NCBI GenBank assembly: GCA_965644315.1
Contig: CBFFRQ010000037.1
Span: 1-64,000 of the forward strand
Length of the DNA stretch: 64,000 nt
Direction: 5' to 3'
From: Caecitellus pseudoparvulus
Lineage: Eukaryota; Protista; Bigyra: Bicosoecida
Part shown: positions 1 through 10,610 of the stretch, in pieces
Layout of the letters: each line of letters opens with the position of its first letter
Position numbering within the stretch: the first letter of the stretch is position 1
Translations under genes and position numbers: made by a program
The notes under the pieces: model-generated
Seen by the model: the letters and a program-made list of their open reading frames with translations, nothing else
Database searches by the model: none
Told to the model about the DNA's origin: nothing

Positions 1-2123
1 CCGTTCTCGGGCACCAGTGAGCATGCGGCACAGTACAAGGCGCACGAGCTGCCGGCACGTGACGATGGCGATGTGCCTGAGGTGACGTACCGGCCCAGCA
101 GCGTGCCGTTCTCGGGCACCAGCGAGCATGCGGCACAGTACAAGGCGCACGAGCTGCCGGCACGTGACGATGGCGATGTGCCTGAGGTGACGTACCGGCC
201 CAGCAGCGTGCCGTTCTCGGGCACCAGTGAGCATGCGGCACAGTACAAGGCGCACGAGCTGCCGGCACGTGACGATGGCGATGTGCCTGAGGTGACGTAC
301 CGGCCCAGCAGCGTGCCGTTCTCGGGCACCAGCGAGCATGCGGCACAGTACAAGGCGCACGAGCTGCCGGCACGTGACGATGGCGATGTGCCTGAGGTGA
401 CGTACCGGCCCAGCAGCGTGCCGTTCTCGGGCACCAGTGAGCATGCGGCACAGTACAAGGCGCACGAGCTGCCGGCACGTGACGATGGCGATGTGCCTGA
501 GGTGACGTACCGGCCCAGCAGCGTGCCGTTCTCGGGCACCAGTGAGCATGCGGCACAGTACAAGGCGCACGAGCTGCCGGCACGTGACGATGGCGATGTG
601 CCTGAGGTGACGTACCGGCCCAGCAGCGTGCCGTTCTCGGGCACCAGTGAGCATGCGGCACAGTACAAGGCGCACGAGCTGCCGGCACGTGACGATGGCG
701 ATGTGCCTGAGGTGACGTACCGGCCCAGCAGCGTGCCGTTCTCGGGCACCAGCGAGCATGCGGCACAGTACAAGGCGCACGAGCTGCCGGCACGTGACGA
801 TGGCGATGTGCCTGAGGTGACGTACCGGCCCAGCAGCGTGCCGTTCTCGGGCACCAGCGAGCATGCGGCACAGTACAAGGCGCACGAGCTGCCGGCACGT
901 GACGATGGCGATGTGCCTGAGGTGACGTACCGGCCCAGCAGCGTGCCGTTCTCGGGCACCAGCGAGCATGCGGCACAGTACAAGGCGCACGAGCTGCCGG
1001 CACGTGACGATGGCGATGTGCCTGAGGTGACGTACCGGCCCAGCAGCGTGCCGTTCTCGGGCACCAGCGAGCATGCGGCACAGTACAAGGCGCACGAGCT
1101 GCCGGCACGTGACGATGGCGATGTGCCTGAGGTGACGTACCGGCCCAGCAGCGTGCCGTTCTCGGGCACCAGTGAGCATGCGGCACAGTACAAGGCGCAC
1201 GAGCTGCCGGCACGTGACGATGGCGATGTGCCTGAGGTGACGTACCGGCCCAGCAGCGTGCCGTTCTCGGGCACCAGCGAGCATGCGGCACAGTACAAGG
1301 CGCACGAGCTGCCGGCACGTGACGATGGCGATGTGCCTGAGGTGACGTACCGGCCCAGCAGCGTGCCGTTCTCGGGCACCAGTGAGCATGCGGCACAGTA
1401 CAAGGCGCACGAGCTGCCGGCACGTGACGATGGCGATGTGCCTGAGGTGACGTACCGGCCCAGCAGCGTGCCGTTCTCGGGCACCAGCGAGCATGCGGCA
1501 CAGTACAAGGCGCACGAGCTGCCGTCACGTGACGATGGCGATGTGCCTGAGGTGACGTACCGGCCCAGCAGCGTGCCGTTCTCGGGCACCAGTGAGCATG
1601 CGGCACAGTACAAGGCGCACGAGCTGCCGGCACGTGACGATGGCGATGTGCCTGAGGTGACGTACCGGCCCAGCAGCGTGCCGTTCTCGGGCACCAGTGA
1701 GCATGCGGCACAGTACAAGGCGCACGAGCTGCCGGCACGTGACGATGGCGATGTGCCTGAGGTGACGTACCGGCCCAGCAGCGTGCCGTTCTCGGGCACC
1801 AGTGAGCATGCGGCACAGTACAAGGCGCACGAGCTGCCGGCACGTGACGATGGCGATGTGCCTGAGGTGACGTACCGGCCCAGCAGCGTGCCGTTCTCGG
1901 GCACCAGCGAGCATGCGGCACAGTACAAGGCGCACGAGCTGCCGGCACGTGACGATGGCGATGTGCCTGAGGTGACGTACCGGCCCAGCAGCGTGCCGTT
2001 CTCGGGCACCAGTGAGCATGCGGCACAGTACAAGGCGCACGAGCTGCCGGCACGTGACGATGGCGATGTGCCTGAGGTGACGTACCGGCCCAGCAGCGTG
2101 CCGTTCTCGGGCACCAGCGAGCA
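1..2123 (+). repeat. Coding tandem repeat, 105-bp unit (35 aa), about 20 copies, truncated by the window start
   Basis: The unit ccgttctcgggcaccag(t/c)gagcatgcggcacagtacaaggcgcacgagctgccggcacgtgacgatggcgatgtgcctgaggtgacgtaccggcccagcagcgtg recurs every 105 bp from 1 to ~2123. The only differences I see are a synonymous AGT/AGC Ser codon and one GCA>TCA at 1525. Confidence 0.98.
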
Positions 2124-2568
2124 CGCTCACTCTTTCAAGGGAAAGCAGGTGGAAGAGCTCGCGATGTTGAGCACTCAGCAACTCTCTTCAATGGCCCAGA
2201 ATGTTGCAAGTCTTCGCCGATTGTTAGAGTTTCGAGGCATTTCGGAGTATCAAGCGTCGTACATTCGACATGACAAGAGCTTTTATCTTGAGGCACTTGC
2301 CCGTCAAGGCTACGTTCTTGGCCAGCATTCGAAGCTCAAGGGCACGTCCTATTCATCTCGGCCTCCTTCTCCAAGACAAGCGGGACCTGTTGATGAGTTT
2401 GTCGAGCCCTCTGATTCGCCACCAGCTGCACACCTTTCCAGCAGCCAAGTGGAGGCAGATGCTCTGCCGGCATCTCTGAGCAGGGACCGTCGCGAGAAAC
2501 TTACGCGGGCCCTTCGTCGCATTGATTTGGCTGCTGAGCGGCACAAGGCGAGGGCACTACGGCAATGA
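1..2568 (+). CDS. SAXO/MAP6(STOP)-like microtubule-stabilising repeat protein, 5' partial
   Basis: Frame +1 is open from base 1 to TGA at 2566-2568. The repeat VPEVTYRPSSVPFSGTSEHAAQYKAHELPARDDGD contains PF.G.S....Y at 35-aa spacing, resembling the Mn motifs of SAXO proteins. A degenerate copy (FRGISEYQASY) lies in the unique C-terminal part. Confidence 0.65.
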   Translation, partial: PFSGTSEHAAQYKAHELPARDDGDVPEVTYRPSSVPFSGTSEHAAQYKAHELPARDDGDVPEVTYRPSSVPFSGTSEHAAQYKAHELPARDDGDVPEVTYRPSSVPFSGTSEHAAQYKAHELPARDDGDVPEVTYRPSSVPFSGTSEHAAQYKAHELPARDDGDVPEVTYRPSSVPFSGTSEHAAQYKAHELPARDDGDVPEVTYRPSSVPFSGTSEHAAQYKAHELPARDDGDVPEVTYRPSSVPFSGTSEHAAQYKAHELPARDDGDVPEVTYRPSSVPFSGTSEHAAQYKAHELPARDDGDVPEVTYRPSSVPFSGTSEHAAQYKAHELPARDDGDVPEVTYRPSSVPFSGTSEHAAQYKAHELPARDDGDVPEVTYRPSSVPFSGTSEHAAQYKAHELPARDDGDVPEVTYRPSSVPFSGTSEHAAQYKAHELPARDDGDVPEVTYRPSSVPFSGTSEHAAQYKAHELPARDDGDVPEVTYRPSSVPFSGTSEHAAQYKAHELPSRDDGDVPEVTYRPSSVPFSGTSEHAAQYKAHELPARDDGDVPEVTYRPSSVPFSGTSEHAAQYKAHELPARDDGDVPEVTYRPSSVPFSGTSEHAAQYKAHELPARDDGDVPEVTYRPSSVPFSGTSEHAAQYKAHELPARDDGDVPEVTYRPSSVPFSGTSEHAAQYKAHELPARDDGDVPEVTYRPSSVPFSGTSEHAHSFKGKQVEELAMLSTQQLSSMAQNVASLRRLLEFRGISEYQASYIRHDKSFYLEALARQGYVLGQHSKLKGTSYSSRPPSPRQAGPVDEFVEPSDSPPAAHLSSSQVEADALPASLSRDRREKLTRALRRIDLAAERHKARALRQ

Positions 2569-2796
2569 GGTTTGGCTGCCGTACGTGTTGCCACCACTAC
2601 AATCCATGTTTGCTCTTGTCTTTCCGGACCTTTCGAAGCAAGCTACCAAACACAATACCAAAAGCAATTCCTAACGCAAATTTTCAATGTGTGCATGTTC
2701 TCTGCAGCCTTGCACACCCAACCGCCCACAAAGGGCCAGTGGCCTGCTTCAGTTGGCCTGCGGAAATTGAAGCTTCAGTAGTGATACAGAGGCACC

Positions 2797-5700
2797 ATGG
2801 CTGAGCAAGGCCTTGTGCGTCCGGATGGATCGGGAATCATGCGAAAGTTGTTCGATGGGTTTGCTTCAGTTCAGGCTGGAGGTAAAATGACACTTAGCGC
2901 TTCCCAGCTGCGAAGCGTGAGTCGCCAAGTGGTACAGCCCAGTCAGGATCGCGCGCGTGAAGCAACCATTGTCTCCTTCCCGCAGTTGGCTCATGAGTCA
3001 GGACTGGACGTTTCTGTGGATTCTTTGCATGAAATACTGCATGTTCGTTCACTGGATTGCGTTTGAGGTACAGCTGGTCACCCTTTGCACCGCTTCATGC
3101 ACAGGATGCCAATGCTGCTGCTGGCGTTGACGATGGCACGCATGATGGTCGTGTTTCGTGGGAAGCCTTCCCTACGGCGCTCTCCCTGCTCGCTGAGCGC
3201 ACGTTTGAGTGCCCTCCGAAGGTTCGACGCTCCCGCTTGATGTGACACCGGACGTGCTCGACGCAACCCGTTCCCTCCGCCCACAGGCTGCTCGCAAGCG
3301 CATCATGTTGCAGCATCTGCTGCCACTGTCCCAGCGCCTGGAACCTAGCAGCGGACCTGCGCCAGGCACAATCAGTGCTGTGGAAGATATTGCCGGGGGT
3401 GGCACTTCTTTCCCCGTGGCTCCAGACGCAGCCGCCTTCCGCCCACCTTCCCCCTCGGCAGAGCGCAAGCCCAGCGCGCATGACAGGCCCGACGAGGACA
3501 AGGCAGCATCAGAGGGCGGCCACGCCCCGGCTGTGAACTTCTCAGACTTCCTGCAGCGGCAACAGCAGCGCCAAGCCCGTCGAGAGGAGGAGGTGACAGC
3601 TCTCCGCCAGCGCCTGCACGAGGAGGAGGTGTCCGGCGCACGGGGCATGTCTGCCGGGTCACGGCGCCTGCTAGCCGGACGGCCTCGGGCCAAGGCGGCC
3701 TCTGGACCACAAAGCGCTACACCGGTGACTTCTTGGCATGAGGCAGGGTCTTCCTCTGTGAAGCCCCTTGCTGAGGTGCTGGCTGACTTGGCGCCACCGC
3801 CACGGGCAGGAGCAGCGGCTTCAGACGCCGTGCAGCAGAGAGCTGGCGGGCAAACCTCAACCGCCACTGGCCAGCCCAAAGCAGGGAGGGGTGACGCCCA
3901 GTCGGCGGCGCGGATCCGGGAGGGCAGGGCAGCAGACGCAGTGCAGCAGACGCTGGCCGGCACGTGGACATACCCGGGCCAGGGCGACACGCTGTACGCA
4001 GCAGCCCTGCAGCGGCGGGCCCGCATCGCAGAGGCACAGCGGGAGGCAGAGGAAGATGCCATGAAACTTGCCAACAGCAAGAAGCACAGCAGCGCTTCCG
4101 GGCGCCTGGCGGCGCTTCGGCTTGCGCGGGAGGTGTGCAGTGGCGTGGCAGACATTGTGTGGGGCCTGCTGAGCGCATCGGGCCACGCTGGGGCAACGTG
4201 GGTGTTGCTGCAGCGCAAAGTGTGGTGGCATGCCACGCTGACTCTGCCAGAGCTGGTGTCCCTGTGCTGTGCGCTGGGTTTCTTGGCGTCGCCGTGGGAG
4301 AACATCCTCCGCAGCATCTTGCAGCAGGAAGAGATGGGACCGGACGCGGAGGGGGAGGATGTCGCAGCGGCCAAGGCTCGAGCAGGACCGGCTTGGGAGG
4401 AGGCGGTCATGGTGCGGGGCATGTGGCGTGCCTTGGTGGGCCCACCCCCCGAATCAGGCGAGGGTGCTGGTGTAGCGCCGGGCCAGTGGGCGGTTGGGCG
4501 CATCGAGATGGGGGGGCAGGGCGAGGGTGCGGGCATAACCTGGTGTGTGCGAGCTGGCAGGGTGTTCTCCCTCCTGCGCACGCTGGCGGCAGACACGGCC
4601 GCGCCCTCGGCCAAGGACCTCATCGCAGCAGGCAAGCGCACAGGCCTGCTGGGTCGGGCAGAGGCGGAGGCCTCGTGGGCCCAAGGCCTGCAGGGTATGG
4701 AGGAGGAGGAGGCGGAGGCGCAGACTGCCACACTGGCTGCTCTGGCGGAACTAGTCTTCGGTTTCCAGCAGGCACAGCCCTACCTGCCTGGGGGGAGGCA
4801 AGACGAGTCTGCGGCTGCAAAGCCTCCGCCACTGCAGCCGGAGGAGGTAGGGGCGGGTGTCAAGTGGCCCCCCGCGCTTATTGCTCGCTGTCGACCCATG
4901 TACAGCTGCCGCCTGGCGCACATGCGAACTGTGAAGTACAAGGACGACAAGCGGGGGCTGTCTGTGGCTGACCACCGCACGGCCCGGGGAGCGGCTCACG
5001 GGGACCGAGGCACCACGGCGCAGAGCTCGGTCGAGGGTGAGTGCTCCTTCGCACCCCTCCTGTGCAAGCGCAGCATGGACATGGCACAGGGTGGGGCTCT
5101 GCCGGGGGGCGGGCGGGTGCCTCTCCACGCAGCTGCCGCCATGACGGCTGCAGCTAGCACGCAACACCCTCAGGAGTCCCACAGCTACACCCTCATGGCG
5201 TACGGCGAGGCTGCCGAGCGCAAGGCGGAGGAAGCACGGGCCGCAGCTGTGGCGGCCGAGATGCAGGAGTGCTCCTTTGCCCCCAACACGGCCGCCACCC
5301 AGGCATACCGACGGCGCATGGAGGCTGAGCACGTCGCCGAGGCGGAGGCTCACCTATCAGCAGCTCTCGCGGCCACTGGGACACCGGGCAAGGTGAAGGT
5401 TGACGCTGCAGCTGCACATGCTTTGCACCTGCACCGCCTGCATCAAAAGCACGAGCAGCGCCTGGAGCGGCAGCGTCAGGCGCAGGCTGCCGCGCGCCGC
5501 GCACGAGAGGAAGCGGAGCTGGCGCAGTGCACGTTCACGCCCAGTGTGGCCCCGCCACCGCGCCTTGTGCAAGCAGCCCGCACCCGCCAGCAAACCAAGG
5601 CCACCGGCAAGGTGGGTGCCTCCACCAGCACCACCTACGCTGAGCTACACCCAGCCGGCACCACGGCCCGACCACGAGGTTGGCAGGCGCACTTGGCACG

Positions 5701-6397
5701 GCAAGCACGAGGCAGGGCTGTGCAGGCGGCGCAGGCGGAGGCAGAGGCGGCAGTGGCGGAGGGCCGTGTGCCCAGTCGTGCCGTTGTGCGGGATGGGGCT
5801 GGGCGCACTGTGCAGCGGCCCTTCAAGCTTGGGCGTGGGGACAGCCAGCCTGGCTCGCCGCCCCGCGAGGTGCTCTCGCATGAAGGGGTGGACCTGCCAC
5901 CCCTCCTCTCCCCGGCAGTGCTGCGCAGCGCAGTGGAGAGCGTGGCCAGGCAGTACCAGGCAGGCTCCGCACCTCGCCCACGCGCCCCAGGTGCTGCTCC
6001 GCCCCATGTGCCCGGTGCCACACAGCCCAGCACTGCGGGGGCCGCTTCCCCAGCTCAGCGCTGGACTGCACCTCGCCCTCCCCAACCCCCCCAGGAGCAG
6101 ATCGATGAACCACCCATGCCCCTCTCCCAGGCAAGCTCCAGGGGTGCCTCGCCCGCAGGGCCCAGCTCCAGGGAAGGGTGGGGCGTGGAGGGGGGTGCCA
6201 GTGACCCACCAGCAGTGTACGTTGACGTGGCTCTGGGAGGCGGTGTCACCCACCGCGTGCCTCTGTGGCCACACTCGGATGTGGCAGCGGTGGCAGCAGC
6301 CTTTGCAGCTGAGCATGGGCTACGGGCGAGCAAAGCCGGGAAGCTGCAAGGCATCCTGCAGGCGCAGCTGGATGCGGTTGTAGCCGGTGCCCCTTGA
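2797..6397 (+). CDS. Putative cytoskeletal protein: N-terminal truncated p25-alpha-like domain, coiled coils, three (E/Q)C(S/T)F.P motifs and a compact C-terminal domain; 4 exons
   Basis: Exons 2797-2916, 2986-3042, 3105-3221 and 3287-6397 are joined by phase-0 GT-AG introns of 69, 62 and 65 nt into one frame. The spliced N-terminus ends RVSWEAFPTALSLLAERTFECPPKAARKRIMLQHLLP, similar to the p25-alpha domain of the gene at 19 kb. Motifs ECSFAP (x2) and QCTFTP follow; the C-terminus reads VYVDVALGGG...FAAEHGL. Confidence 0.65.
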
Positions 6398-6583
6398 AAG
6401 ATGCGACAGTTGGGGGAGTTGCACAAAAACCCTTCGCCCAGAGCGCCTTGCTTTTGAATGTAATGATCCACCGCAAGTGTGAGTTGCTTGAGCCTGGGCA
6501 TGGGCCAGTCCTTGACCCGGGTGCTCTCCTCACCTCTCCCACGTGCTCTGGTGCGGTTGCACGCACCTCCTTTCAAGACCAAC

Positions 6584-9035
6584 ATGGTCAGCATGCAAGT
6601 CACTTCCCGGAACTGGTCCTCTGAGTTGGTGGAGGAGTGGAAGGAGGACCTGAAGCACTGTGAATTCGTGGCGATGGATACGGAGCTCACTGGGCTGTCC
6701 GACAACTTCCCCTCCAACAAAGGTGAGCCCCTCGCGTGGTTGGCGAGGGCAATTTCCGCATCCCGTGCATGATTGCCACTTCTGCTCAGGGGACAGCATC
6801 GCCACCCGCTTCGGTAAGAATGTGTCCGCAGTGCAAGGTATGAGTGTAAGTTTGCCTTCGTGAACTCCACACTGCGTGCACGTCACGCATGCACCGCACC
6901 GCTGACCACTGGCTGTGCAGATCACCCAGCTCGGGCTGTGCACATTCACGTGGACCGGCACGGAGTATATTGCCAAGCCCCTGGCCGTGTATGTGCTGCC
7001 GGAGGAGCCCGCGTTCATGGTGAGCCCGTCAGCGGTCCGATTCCTGTCCAAGAATTCGTTTGACTTCAACAAGTGGGCTCAGGGAGTGGGGTACATGACC
7101 GCAGAGGCTGAGGCAGCAGCCCGCCTGAAGGCGCGAATGACCAGCTTGTGCAGCACCCTGAAGGTGAACACTGCCGCCAAGGTGCGCAAGGGGTGGGACA
7201 TCGACTTCCTCTACAACCATGCTTATGTGCCTCTCGCAGCCGCGCTGCGTGGGGACGCTCCAGCGGAGGACTGCGGGTGGGAGGCCGTGCTGACACAGGG
7301 CGCCTCTGTGTCTGTGCCGCTGCATGACTGGCTGGAAGAAGCCAAGGTTGGAGCCGCCCCCGCAAGCCCTGACGAGGAGGTGACTGTCACAGACATCCCC
7401 AGCATCCGTCTGGCCAAGGCCTTCGATTCTTTCCCACGCAAGCTGCTGCGAGACCTGGTGGCAGCTGGGTCCTGGGCAGCCTGGGCGCAGGCCGCTGAGG
7501 CGGAGGCGGCGTGGGAAGAGCTGCAGGAAATCCGGGCAGCGGCGGCTGAAGAGAAGGGGGAGGAGGCCCCCCCTCGCCTGTCTCTGGCGGAGGCCTTCCC
7601 CGACCTGGGCGCCGACTTCACGGGGTATACGGTGGACTACCTGCCGGAGGACCAGGACGCCCCCGGCGCCAACCGCTGGCGGAAGATTGTCCGAGTGCAC
7701 CACCTGACGGCGCCAACAGTGGCTCTGCCTGCGCCCCCTGCGTGGCTCTGCCCCCACATGCCCGCCGATCTGCCGCCCGTCCTGCAAGCTTGGAAGTGGT
7801 GGCTGGCTGTGCGCGGCAGCGACGCAGGGCAGAAGCGGGTGACAGCCAGCGCCGGGGTGCGCCTGCTGTGGGATGCGCTCGCGGCGTCTGGCAAGCCCGT
7901 GGTCGGGCACAACTGCCTCCTGGACCTGCTGCACATCACACAGGCGTTCGCGGGGCGCGTGCACAAGCACCCGCACGCTTGGGCCTCGCAGCAGCTGCTG
8001 AGGCAGCTAACACCGGGAGGTGTTTACGACACGAAGCATGTGTGGTTGTGGTTGAGCGATGCCCTGCAAGCAGCCAGTGAAGCCGGGGACCAGCCAGGCA
8101 CCGCTGCTGCTCGAGCGGCGCTGGAGCGTGTGGCAGGTCGCGGCGGCACAGGCCTCTCCACGCTATACACCAAGGTGCAAGGGCTGCACACGCCTTCACC
8201 GCCCCCTGATAGTGCACCTGAGGGGGAAGCAGCCACCCCAGCGGCGCTGGACAAGCATGAGCGAGCTGTGACAGCGGCAGCCAATGCGGCAGCCCTGGTT
8301 GAACACCTCCCCACTGTCAGCATGCGAGTGATGGAAACTTTGAAGCAGCAAGAGGCGAAAGTAGCCACTGAAGAAGTGCAGGAGGGCGGCGAGGCCGCCA
8401 GCGGCGAGGGTGCGCTTCAGGCGCAAGCTGAGGAGTGGGCCCATGATGCCGGCTACGACGCGTACATGACTGGCGCCATCTTCGCACACGTGCGGCACCT
8501 AGTGAAGGAGCTGCTAGGCCCCGGCCAAAGCATGGACGAGACGAAGAACACGCTGCACATCATGTGGTCCAAGCATGCCACGCAGTGGGACGTCAGCACG
8601 GGGGAGGGCTGGTACTTGGAGGACGCAGCGCACTGGGCGGAGCAACGCGTGCGCACCGTGCACGTGGACGGCTTGAACTACACCATCAAGACGGACGACA
8701 TGGTGCAGATGGTGAACGGGCTGCTGGGGCAGGAGGCAGTGAACAAGGAGCACGTCATGTGGCTGGGCGACAAGTCTGCCGCGGTGGTGCTGCCGGACGC
8801 CACTGCGCTGCAGGCGGTGCTGGAGGGGGCCAAGGCCCAGGCTGCAGCTTCACCCGCCCCGCTGAGTGTGTGGAACATGGCCACGCTGCCTTGCTTGGGT
8901 GCTTTCCGTGTTTTGCCCTGGGCTGAGCATGTCCAGGAGCATGCGGACGTGTATGGTCCAGCCGCCGTGTTGGAGGCGGGGGGCGGCGTGCACGCTTCCC
9001 AGCAAGGAGCAGCCAAGCGCGCCCGCAGCGATTGA
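6584..9035 (+). CDS. PARN: Poly(A)-specific ribonuclease (CAF1/PARN family, DEDD exonuclease); 3 exons
   Basis: Exons 6584-6722, 6790-6845 and 6921-9035 (GT-AG introns). Motifs: FVAMDTELTGL (catalytic D,E), ITQLGLCTF, FLSKNSFDFNKW, KPVVGHNCLLDLLH, YDTK, HDAGYDAYMTG. An RRM-like C-terminal segment and a basic tail (KRAR) follow. The start could also be the in-frame ATG at 6500 or 6593. Confidence 0.88.
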
Positions 9036-9108
9036 GAGCACACTACGGTGGTACTGGGCTTTTAACATGGCTGAATGCATTGACGTGCCGTACTGGTGTT
9101 GCGCTGCT

Positions 9109-9885
9109 TTACATGGACTCCAGGGACTCGATCAGTGCGTCCAGGTTGCTCTCGTCAGAAATGAACTCAACCCATGCCTCGGTGTCCTCCACCATGCTAG
9201 GGAAACCAGTCACCTCCTTGGACACAACTGCACAGCACAGGGGGCGGGGGGGGGATGAGGAGTTGCCAATGAGCCATGCGCGCGTTTCCGCCGAAACACC
9301 AGCCGGCGCAGGATGGGCTAGAGCGCGGGTAAACGGAAGACCCAAGGCACACCGGCCAGACATGAACTTCGCCACCGTATAAAGCCCCTAGACCGCACAT
9401 GGTGTGGGGCAAAGATGCTTGCCCCGCGCTTGAGCAGGCACGCACCATCCTCGAAAGCGGGGTACTCGGGCGCAGGAGCATTCAGCTGCTTCTGGATGGC
9501 AGATGCCTTGCTGCTTGACATGCCCCAGGTGATGAGGAAAGCATACAGCCCAACGACGGCGATGGAGATCTGCGTGCGCGGGAACAGCCACGTGTGCGGG
9601 GCTTGAGCAGAGCACAGCAGCCGGCGGCAGTGCAGCGGAAGATGGTGTGGCGGCCAGCGCGCAGCGTACCTGGCCGTTGTGAGGCAGGAAGTACCGCACG
9701 ACCGCCTCCACCCCCTGGTAGTCGGGGTGCTTGGGCAGGCTGTCCATGAAGCTGGGCTTCTTGGCGGCCACGCCCTCCTCTGCAGCTGCAGCGGTCTGGG
9801 CGAAGCGGCGCTGCACAGGGCGTGCAGCGGCCGGGGCACGGCGCACAGCCGCTGACGCGGCACGCCGGACGGTGGCAGCCAACAT
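9109..9885 (-). CDS. Small mitochondrion-targeted single-TM protein (possible ATP synthase accessory subunit, k/DAPIT-like); 3 exons
   Basis: Exons 9885-9670, 9569-9446 and 9227-9109 join in frame: MLAATVRRAASAAVRRAPAAARPVQRRFA (Arg/Ala presequence)...YQGVEAVVRYFLPHNGQISIAVVGLYAFLITWGM (TM)...EYPAFEDVVSKEVTGFPSMVEDTEAWVEFISDESNLDALIESLESM*. The subunit identity is a low-confidence resemblance. Confidence 0.7.
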
Positions 9886-10219
9886 GTTGGGTGTGATCGG
9901 GAAGACGCTCACATGCGGAGAGCATGCGTGGCCTGGATTCGGCGGCGGTGGTGTTGGATTGTGGAACAGAGGCTGTGCAGACGGGTGCAGTGCGAGCACA
10001 GCGTCAAAGACCGCAGGCAGCACAGTCCCGTGCACACACAGTCCACCCCCCACACTTTTGAGCAGCCAGTGATTCACCCACCATCCCACTCACACTGTGC
10101 AGCCCCGACAGTGGCGCAGCACCGCAGTCAGGCACATCAGCAGCTGGCCCTCACGCCGACTGCAGCAGCGGGAACAGAGGCAGTGCACCAGGCACCAGCT
10201 CCACTCCCACGCACCCACC

Positions 10220-10375
10220 ATGCCTTCTCACAAGAGCTTCCGCACCAAGAAGGTGCTGGCCAAGAAGGCCCGTCAGAACCGCCCCATCCCTCACTGGATC
10301 CGGTACCGCACTGACAACTCCATCCGCTACAACGCCAAGCGCCGCCACTGGCGCCGCACCAAGCTGGGCATCTAA
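10220..10375 (+). CDS. RPL39: 60S ribosomal protein eL39
   Basis: [51 protein letters not shown], 51 aa, intronless. The ORF-track extension to 10097 is spurious. Confidence 0.98.
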   Translation: MPSHKSFRTKKVLAKKARQNRPIPHWIRYRTDNSIRYNAKRRHWRRTKLGI

Positions 10376-10610
10376 GCGCGCGTGGAACATGCTGCAGCTG
10401 CCAGACGGCGTTCTTGTGGCCTGAACATGCTTCACAATGCACCTCGGTGCGCTCACTGCCCGTGCGGGGCCAGGAAGGCGGCAGCCGACTGGCACCCTCA
10501 CCAGCCGCACACACGAACACCCGCAGCCGCCACCTGGCACTGTGCCAGTCGCTTGCTCATCAAAGAGTGCTTGTTTCACGTGTCTTTCCTGTCCTTCAGT
10601 GCATTGCTGC

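Noticed and set aside
1-2123. Regular repeat array as a possible CRISPR array or satellite
   Set aside because: There are no unique spacers, the unit length is a multiple of 3 with an open frame throughout, and variation is almost entirely synonymous. It is a coding repeat.
1525-2181. 218-aa antisense repeat ORF
   Set aside because: A shadow of the sense-strand repeat; it ends only because of the single GCA>TCA variant.
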